Shown here: positions 29,517 through 36,431 of the stretch, in pieces | Numbering within the stretch: the first letter of the stretch is position 1 | Layout of the letters: the number at the start of each line of letters is the position of its first letter | Position numbers and translations under genes: made by a program | NCBI GenBank assembly: GCA_032127815.1 | Contig: JAQBHK010000326.1 | Coordinates: 1 to 36,431 of the forward strand | Source: Desulfobacterales bacterium | GTDB lineage: Bacteria > Desulfobacterota > Desulfobacteria > Desulfobacterales > UBA11574 | Direction: 5' to 3' | Length of the DNA: 36,431 bases | The notes under the pieces: generated by a model | Seen by the model: the letters and a program-made list of their open reading frames with translations, nothing else | What the model was told of the DNA's origin: nothing | The model's database searches: none

Positions 29517-30305
29517 CTAAAAAGCCATACTCACAGTGATGCCGCCGAATACATAGTCAGAATCGTTGCTGAAAGCATTTGTAGAATGAATCAGGTTTTT
29601 AGACTCAGTCGTCAACGGAAATGAATAGGCGACCATGGGCATAACGGTAAAATATTCACCCCAAGGGATCGTGAGCCCGATCGAAACAAGTCCGTCATGA
29701 AAGGCGCTGTATTTGTTCGTCGTCGGGTTTAGGGTGTCGTCTACTTCCACAAAGGCGTCGTCGTCGGAAGCATTGTAGCCAATCGATCCGGCCAAATCGA
29801 GAGTGATTCCTTTGGGCAGTTCAAATGAATGTGAAATGCCAAAGGAGAGATACCACTGCGGGACGTGTGCAATTTCCCGATAGACCGTCAGCGAAGGTGA
29901 GAGCAGAGTGTCAAGTCCTACGCTAACGTATATTTCTTGGGAATCAACAACCCCGTCAAGTCCGTAATAGATATAGCCGACACCCAAACCGACCATTCCC
30001 AAATTTTTATCGTACAACAGAGTCATATCGGTTTCATTAAAGCTTTCACTATTGGCGGCCTGGTAAACATCCGTATCCAGGTTGCCCCACAAATTTAAGC
30101 CAAAACCCTTATAACTGATTGTTGCCGAAGGCTGAATAACAGCACTGTTTTTGCTCAACTCATAACCGCGCCATACATACTTGCTAAAAACGCCGATATC
30201 TCCTGAAGCAGAAGGTTTGTCTTCTTCCGCCCAAGTATTTGCAGAACCGAAAATAAGTGTCAATGTAACTACCAGAAGTGTCAGTTTGCAGATCCAAGTT
30301 TTCAT
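29517..30305 (-). CDS. Outer-membrane beta-barrel, TorF-like putative porin
   Basis: Signal peptide (..TWA|EED), SKYVWRG, ETD motif, amphipathic strands, C-terminal Phe; linked to PII-amtB. Confidence 0.75.
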   Translation of the reverse strand: MKTWICKLTLLVVTLTLIFGSANTWAEEDKPSASGDIGVFSKYVWRGYELSKNSAVIQPSATISYKGFGLNLWGNLDTDVYQAANSESFNETDMTLLYDKNLGMVGLGVGYIYYGLDGVVDSQEIYVSVGLDTLLSPSLTVYREIAHVPQWYLSFGISHSFELPKGITLDLAGSIGYNASDDDAFVEVDDTLNPTTNKYSAFHDGLVSIGLTIPWGEYFTVMPMVAYSFPLTTESKNLIHSTNAFSNDSDYVFGGITVSMAF

Positions 30306-30406
30306 TTTTATCCTCTCGAGTTAGTTTTAAAAGTTTTCGTTGCTACCATTGGCCGTAAACTAATTAATAATATCTGAACTTACTTCTTGGCCGGTTCTAT
30401 CTGCTG

Positions 30407-31810
30407 CTAGGCCGGCTGTTTGAAATCTTTCATTGCTTCCATGCCTGCCGGCACCGAGCGTACCGATAATTCTGCCGGCACCATACCGCCATAGGATGAA
30501 ACCTCAAAATCCGGGTAGGCATTACCACCGTGTTCAACAAAATCGAGCCCTTCAAGTTCCTCTTCCGGCGACACTCTGAGACCGACGGTCATATCGATAA
30601 GCTTAAACAGGATAAAAGCGGTCGTAAACGCCCAGGTAAAACAGGCACCGATGCCCAGCAGCTGAACACCGATAATTTTGCCGGTGGTGCCGCCGATGTT
30701 GAAAATACCGGCCGCCAGAGTCCCCCATGCACCGCAGACGCCATGCACTGAAACAGCTCCGACCGGATCGTCGACCCGGATGCGATCGAAAAAGAGAACC
30801 GACAGCACCACTATTACACCGGCAATCGCGCCGATGATAATGGCACTGGTCGGTGTGACCGACGCACAGCCACTGGTAATGGCCACCAGGCCGGCCAGCG
30901 CACCGTTTAAACTCATGCCCACCTCGGGTTTGCCGAATTTGACCCAGGATGTCACCATAGCCAGAATCGAACCGGCAGCCGCCGCCAGGTTGGTATTGAC
31001 AAAGATCATGGCAATATCTTTGGATGCCGCGGTGGTTGAACCCGGGTTAAACCCAAACCAACCCAACCATAAAATAAAGACGCCCAGGGCCGCCATCGGC
31101 ATGTTGTGTCCCAGAATCGGTTTGATTTTACCGTCCTTGGCATATTTACCCAGACGCGGTCCCAGGACAATGGCACCGGCTAAAGCCGCCCACCCGCCAA
31201 CGGAATGCACGACAGTGGAGCCTGCAAAATCGATAAATCCCAGGGCTTCCAGCCAGCCGCCGCCATGGAAAAGGCTGCCCCAGGCCCAACTGCCGAAAAC
31301 AGGGTAGATCAAAGCGCTGACAAAAATACTATAAAAAATATATCCGCTGAACTTGGTCCGCTCAGCCATGGCACCCGATACAATCGTGGCGGCAGTGGCC
31401 GCAAAGACAACCTGGAACATCCAGAACGCCAGCACCCAGGGGTCGCCACCGGGTGTGAAATCACTCAAAAAGAACCCGGACATCCCGAACCAGCCGGTTT
31501 TGGTCGCACCGAACATGAGTCCGAAACCCACGGCCCAGAAAGCTATGGAGCCAATGGAAAAATCCATAAGATTTTTCATCATAATATTGATAGCGTTTTT
31601 GGCGCGGGTAAATCCGGCCTCCACCATGGCAAACCCTGCCTGCATGAAAAAGACCAGGGCCGCGGCCACCAGAGTCCAAACATAGTCGGCATGGACCTGA
31701 ACCATATCGATGGCTTCTTTGTTGCTGAGGGCCGTGGGCGTTTCATCTCCCGCCCACGCGCTGACAATACTAAACAGGACAACCAAACCTGACAAAATAA
31801 CTGTTTTCAT
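30407..31810 (-). CDS. amtB: Ammonium transporter
   Basis: FFMQAGF, FQVVFAAT, SGAMAER, DFAGSTVVH, WFGFNPGS, DDPVGAVSVHG (twin His intact). Confidence 0.97.
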   Translation of the reverse strand: MKTVILSGLVVLFSIVSAWAGDETPTALSNKEAIDMVQVHADYVWTLVAAALVFFMQAGFAMVEAGFTRAKNAINIMMKNLMDFSIGSIAFWAVGFGLMFGATKTGWFGMSGFFLSDFTPGGDPWVLAFWMFQVVFAATAATIVSGAMAERTKFSGYIFYSIFVSALIYPVFGSWAWGSLFHGGGWLEALGFIDFAGSTVVHSVGGWAALAGAIVLGPRLGKYAKDGKIKPILGHNMPMAALGVFILWLGWFGFNPGSTTAASKDIAMIFVNTNLAAAAGSILAMVTSWVKFGKPEVGMSLNGALAGLVAITSGCASVTPTSAIIIGAIAGVIVVLSVLFFDRIRVDDPVGAVSVHGVCGAWGTLAAGIFNIGGTTGKIIGVQLLGIGACFTWAFTTAFILFKLIDMTVGLRVSPEEELEGLDFVEHGGNAYPDFEVSSYGGMVPAELSVRSVPAGMEAMKDFKQPA

Positions 31811-31869
31811 GATTCTTACACTCCTTTTGTAAATTTATTTCGCTTCAATGTCTGAGTTGCAAGTAATTG

Positions 31870-32325
<456 letters not shown>

Positions 32326-32389
32326 CTATCTTGCTGAATAATTTAAAGATATTTTTTATGCTCAGCTCAGCTAACGAACGATGTAGCCT

Positions 32390-32461
32390 TACATATATGT
32401 CATTATGCCAAATATTACTTACATTTTTGTATTCTTAGGCCGGCAGTATTGCATTTTTGTA
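32390..32461. promoter_or_regulatory. Three putative activator sites at 30-bp intervals
   Basis: TACA-tata-TGTC (32390), TACA-tttt-TGTA (32420), TGCA-tttt-TGTA (32450). Confidence 0.7.
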
Positions 32462-32566
32462 TTATTTACAGGGATGGGTACGATTGATAGTTTTTGGGGG
32501 GCGCAAGCAAACATGTGCATTTGCCGATTGGACCATGTTGAGATTTATGTAATTTGATTTCATTTT

Positions 32567-32782
32567 TCACCGCAAAGCCACAGAGGGCGCAAAGAAAAGA
32601 TACTTTTCTTTTACCGTTGAAAGGACGATAAAAGAAAAAAATCAATCGCTAAGCGATATTTTTTGGCTCTAAATACCGGCAGGGATTTAGCTTATTGTTT
32701 TTTATCCTCTCAACGGAAAACAATAAAGTAAATAAACTCTGCGTTCTCTGCGACTCTAATGAGCGAAGCGAATGGGCGGTGA
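32567..32782. repeat. Highly structured 216-bp element with terminal IR and 9-nt periodic ends
   Basis: tcaccgc...gcggtga termini; cgcaaagccacagagggcgcaaag vs ctctgcgttctctgcgactct; internal hairpins. Confidence 0.7.
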
Positions 32783-32830
32783 GTTACCGTATTAAAACGG
32801 ACAGCAGTGAAAGTCGACAGTAGGGAATTC

Positions 32831-35722
32831 TTAACGCGAAGCCATAATATCTTTCCAGATTTTCTCGACGTTATCCCTCAAGCTGCGAAATTTGCTTTCA
32901 GGTATTCTGGCCGGTTTTTCCTGGAGGTTGAGCTTGTGTACAGCTGCTCTATAGGTAAGATATGCTTCTTTTAGGAAGTTGGCCGTATGTTTTTCAAGTA
33001 TGCCGGTTTCGATCAAGGTTTCGAGAATACGGATATTGTCGGTCCACTGCAAGAGTTCCGCATATTCACAGGATTTTAAAAGCACCAGATACTGCACAAG
33101 AAATTCAATATCGACAATTCCACCTGAATCCTGTTTGAGATCAAAAAATCCCGGTTCAGGGTTCAAAAGCTCTCTGCGCATCTGCTTGCGCATCTCTGTA
33201 ACCTCTTTTTGAAGGTCGGTTTTAATCCGCGGCCTGCCAAGGACCTCTTTGCGTATCTGATCAAAACGTCCGGCCATTTTAATATCACCGCTTACCGCCC
33301 TGGCCTTGATAAGAGCCTGATGTTCCCATGTCCATGCTTTACTCATCTGATAATCTTTAAACCCTTCTATGTTACTTACGAGAAGACCTTGACTGCCGCT
33401 GGGGCGCAACCGCATATCGAGTTCATAAAGCATACCGGCAGGCGTATGCGCGGTTAAGATATGAACAACTCTTTGTCCCAGGCGGGCAAAAAACTGTGAA
33501 TTATCTATGGGCTGCAAACCGCCGTGAGTCAGTCCCTCGATTCCCGAATGTAAAAAAACCAGATCAAGGTCAGAGCTATAACCGAGTTCAATGCCGCCAA
33601 GCTTGCCATAGGCAATGACGGCAAATCCCCTGCCGATTTCATTTTCGCATAACCGGCATAGCGGTCTTCCGTGTTTCTCAACCAGATGGCTCCACGATAG
33701 TTCAACAACTTCATTTAAAACCGTCTCAGCGATTTCTGTGAGATGATCGCTGGTCCTCATCAGCGGAAGAACTCCGGTAATATCTGCTGCCGCCACCCGT
33801 AATGTGTTAATCTGTTTAAAAATACACAATTCTTGAATCTGATATTCAAGGTCTTGGTCGGATATCCGATCAAGTTTTGTGCGCACTTCCTCTACCAGAT
33901 CTGATTTCTGCGGAGGAGCGTAGAGGTTACGGGTGTCAAGAAGTTCATCCAGCAGAACAGGATGACGGGCCAGAAACGATACGATCCACGGGCTGGCGCT
34001 TGCAAACTTAACCAGATGGTCAATTGTGGTGGGATTCTCCAAAAGGAGAGCCAAGTAGTTGGTACGTCTTTGAATGGTCTTGACAAGATCGATGATACTA
34101 TTCAAGACAAAAAGGGGTTGTTCTGACAGCCCAATCTTTTTTAAAATTAACGGCATCAGTTTGTCGAGGCGCTGCCGACCTTCACGGCTGAGTGACCGCG
34201 TTGCTTGATCGTTGCGCAGGTAACCCAAAAGACCTATAACCTCCGTGGGGTTCTCAAATCCGGTTTCTATCAGCACATTACGGCTGTGGTCTTCTTCTGT
34301 CAGGTTTTGCCATACTGCTTCCAATCCGGTTTCTATGCTTTCGACTTGATCACCTGAGTATTCTGAATCCTTGGCTTGAAGCAATTTGTTAAAATGATCG
34401 TGTACATTTTCTCTGTAACTTTCAAGGCAGCGAAAAAAGGCCCCCGAGTCTGCAAATCCCATGGATGCTGCCAGGCGCGTTTTAGCAACAGGATCTGAAG
34501 GGAGTTCATGCGTCTGCTGATCGGCAAAGGCCTGCAGACGATTCTCGATGTTACGCAAAAATGCATAGGCTTCGGTAAGCTCACCACATACATTCTGAGG
34601 AATGATATTTTCAAGTGCAAGAGCTTTCATTGTTTTTTGTATACCGCTTTCCTGAAGCGCAGGTGAAACTCCGCCACGAATGAGCTGCAATACCTGGCCG
34701 AAAAATTCAATCTCACGTATCCCTCCGGGACCTAGCTTAATATTGTTTGCCAGCCCTTTCCGTTTAACTTCAAGAGAAATTTTCTGCTTCATATGCCTTA
34801 GAGATTCAAAGACGCCAAAATCGAGATATCTGCGATATATAAAGGGTTTAAGTCTTTCAAGAAGCCGGGCGCCGGCTTTTTTGTCACCCGCAGCAACCCT
34901 GGCCTTGATCAACGCGTAACGTTCCCACTCCCGACCCTGGTCCTGGTAGTATGTCTCCATTGCATCGAAACTCATCACCAGCGGGCCGCTTTCGCCATAA
35001 GGACGCAGATTCAAATCGACTCTAAAAACAATACCGTCTGAAGTTGTTTCTCCAATTATTTTTATCAATCGCCGGCACAGACGCACAAAAAATTCTTCAT
35101 TATTTATCACTGCAACCCCACCGCGTGTTTCGCCGCTGGCAGGATAAGCGAAAATCAGGTCGACATCGGAGGAAAAATTTAACTCCTGCCCCCCAAGCTT
35201 ACCCATTCCCAGCACAACCAGTTTTTGCCGAGAACCGTCACTGCAGGTAGGAATGCCGCACTCGGAACACTGCCACCGATATAGAAGTGACAGGGTCTGA
35301 TCTATACACGCATCAGCAAAGGCTGAAAGATCGGCCATGGTCTCTGCAAGATCCGACCAGCCGGAAAGATCGCGCCAGGCAATCCGAACCATTTCACGGC
35401 GTCGAACCCGTCGAAGCAGGATTGAAAGATGTGCATCGTCCCGGGACCCTGAAAGAAACGAATCCAGCATCTTATTGTATTCATCAGGCAAAAATCGTCT
35501 CTGAAGATCTGTGCTTCCGATCAGGTTTGCAAACATCTTAGTATCGCGGATACAGCTTTTTAATACAAAATCACTGAAGTGGAACACCTGTTTTGAGGCG
35601 GCCATGATTGCAGGATCATCTATCGGGGTTATACCTGCATCTGAAGCTGCTTGACAGAATGCATCCCATTTACTTTCGAACGCTTCCGTCAGATCCTGCG
35701 AAGGGTTGTTTCTTGGTTTCAT
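32831..35722 (-). CDS. glnE: Bifunctional glutamine synthetase adenylyltransferase/deadenylyltransferase
   Basis: Two NTase domains: GMGKLGGQELNFSSDVDL...RVDLNLRPYG...WERYA and AYGKLGGIELGYSSDLDL...DMRLRPSG...WEHQAL. Confidence 0.97.
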   Translation of the reverse strand: MKPRNNPSQDLTEAFESKWDAFCQAASDAGITPIDDPAIMAASKQVFHFSDFVLKSCIRDTKMFANLIGSTDLQRRFLPDEYNKMLDSFLSGSRDDAHLSILLRRVRRREMVRIAWRDLSGWSDLAETMADLSAFADACIDQTLSLLYRWQCSECGIPTCSDGSRQKLVVLGMGKLGGQELNFSSDVDLIFAYPASGETRGGVAVINNEEFFVRLCRRLIKIIGETTSDGIVFRVDLNLRPYGESGPLVMSFDAMETYYQDQGREWERYALIKARVAAGDKKAGARLLERLKPFIYRRYLDFGVFESLRHMKQKISLEVKRKGLANNIKLGPGGIREIEFFGQVLQLIRGGVSPALQESGIQKTMKALALENIIPQNVCGELTEAYAFLRNIENRLQAFADQQTHELPSDPVAKTRLAASMGFADSGAFFRCLESYRENVHDHFNKLLQAKDSEYSGDQVESIETGLEAVWQNLTEEDHSRNVLIETGFENPTEVIGLLGYLRNDQATRSLSREGRQRLDKLMPLILKKIGLSEQPLFVLNSIIDLVKTIQRRTNYLALLLENPTTIDHLVKFASASPWIVSFLARHPVLLDELLDTRNLYAPPQKSDLVEEVRTKLDRISDQDLEYQIQELCIFKQINTLRVAAADITGVLPLMRTSDHLTEIAETVLNEVVELSWSHLVEKHGRPLCRLCENEIGRGFAVIAYGKLGGIELGYSSDLDLVFLHSGIEGLTHGGLQPIDNSQFFARLGQRVVHILTAHTPAGMLYELDMRLRPSGSQGLLVSNIEGFKDYQMSKAWTWEHQALIKARAVSGDIKMAGRFDQIRKEVLGRPRIKTDLQKEVTEMRKQMRRELLNPEPGFFDLKQDSGGIVDIEFLVQYLVLLKSCEYAELLQWTDNIRILETLIETGILEKHTANFLKEAYLTYRAAVHKLNLQEKPARIPESKFRSLRDNVEKIWKDIMASR

Positions 35723-35935
35723 TTGTGCCTATCCGGGTATCCGATATAAGTATAGAAATTCAGGACACTTGATCTCCTCAAAAGGTATTTGAGTAGCAAA
35801 CATCTCAACATGCCGTATTATTTCATGTGGTTGAGATTTTATCGCTGATTGGAAATAAGTCATTGCAACCGGAAAATGAGCATGACACCTTTACCATCAT
35901 AATTCGCCACGAATATATGAAAGGAAAAAGGTGCA

Positions 35936-36431
35936 ATGCTTCAGCAGATATTACCACTTATTCCACGCGGTGCAACCCAAATCAACGGTCTGGTAAGTGT
36001 CTGGCGAAATACGGAGAGTTGGACGTATTTTTTAGCAACTCATCCGATTTATTCTCAGAGGAAGACCGATCAGCGGATGTTTCGGTTGATCACGTCTCAA
36101 TTGATTGATTCCGGTGCCTGCCGGCAGGTTGATATACGAAGAACTTTTGGAGTATCCAAGAGCAGCGTTATCAGGTCGTTGAACAAGCTTCGATCCGGTG
36201 GTCCCGAAGCATTTTTCGTTCAACGTCGGGGGCGACGCGGCGGCAAAGTGCTGACTTGCGAAGTGCTTGAGAAAGCACAGCGGTTACTGAATCAAGGCTA
36301 TACGAGAAGCGAAGCCGTCCAAGAGATTGATGTTAAGTATGACACTTTTCGAAAGGCCATAAATAGCGGGCGCCTAATAGAATCCAAGTCTACAGAGACA
36401 GCCATTACCAAGTCGTCGCGCAACGTGGTAG
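35936..36431 (+). mobile_element. 5' part of a putative transposase (HTH-containing N-terminus); runs off the right edge
   Basis: Not in the track; open frame from ATG 35936 to the window end: MLQQILPLIPRGATQINGLVSVW...GACRQVDIRRTFGVSKSSVIRSLNKLRSGGPEAFF (transposase-type HTH); possible left end tcaggacacttgatctc near 35760; no catalytic domain visible. Confidence 0.6.

Noticed and set aside
35827-36108. 93-aa plus-strand ORF in the track
   Set aside because: Overlaps, in another frame, the more convincing HTH/transposase ORF starting at 35936

Overview
A 36.4-kb bacterial chromosomal segment; gene content and style suggest a Desulfobacterota/Desulfobacterales-like deltaproteobacterium (inference). 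Three blocks. (1) 1-12.9 kb, minus strand: a sigma54-driven chemotaxis/signalling cluster (NtrC-family activator, pseudo-receiver, cheW, MCP, a PAS/CheW chimera, cheB, an intervening block with a Cache + CheD-like protein, TPR protein, PAS-HisKA and receiver, then cheD and an HDOD gene). (2) 12.9-23.3 kb, accessory and housekeeping genes: two Phd-VapC toxin-antitoxin pairs, plsY, Smr, an archaeal-type membrane-anchored LonB protease with an overlapping unknown partner gene, a NifA-like GAF-AAA activator, a gamma-glutamylcyclotransferase and an AAA+DUF4143 ATPase. (3) 23.5-35.7 kb, minus strand: a complete nitrogen-assimilation cluster (glnE, PII, amtB, TorF-like porin, glnD, half-Amt, PII, glnA), followed by the start of a putative transposase. 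Best candidates for new biology: an exported dCache sensor fused without a second transmembrane helix to a CheD-like Thr/Cys/His deamidase domain; the LonB + unknown partner operon; a sigma54 nitrogen regulon with phased (T/G)ACA-N4-TGT(A/C) sites that may be read by the NifA-like protein. Also notable are many deletion scars/chimeric genes and structured intergenic elements bounded by 7-9-nt periodic repeats. No rRNA, tRNA or CRISPR array was recognised. All assignments are by eye, with no database searches.
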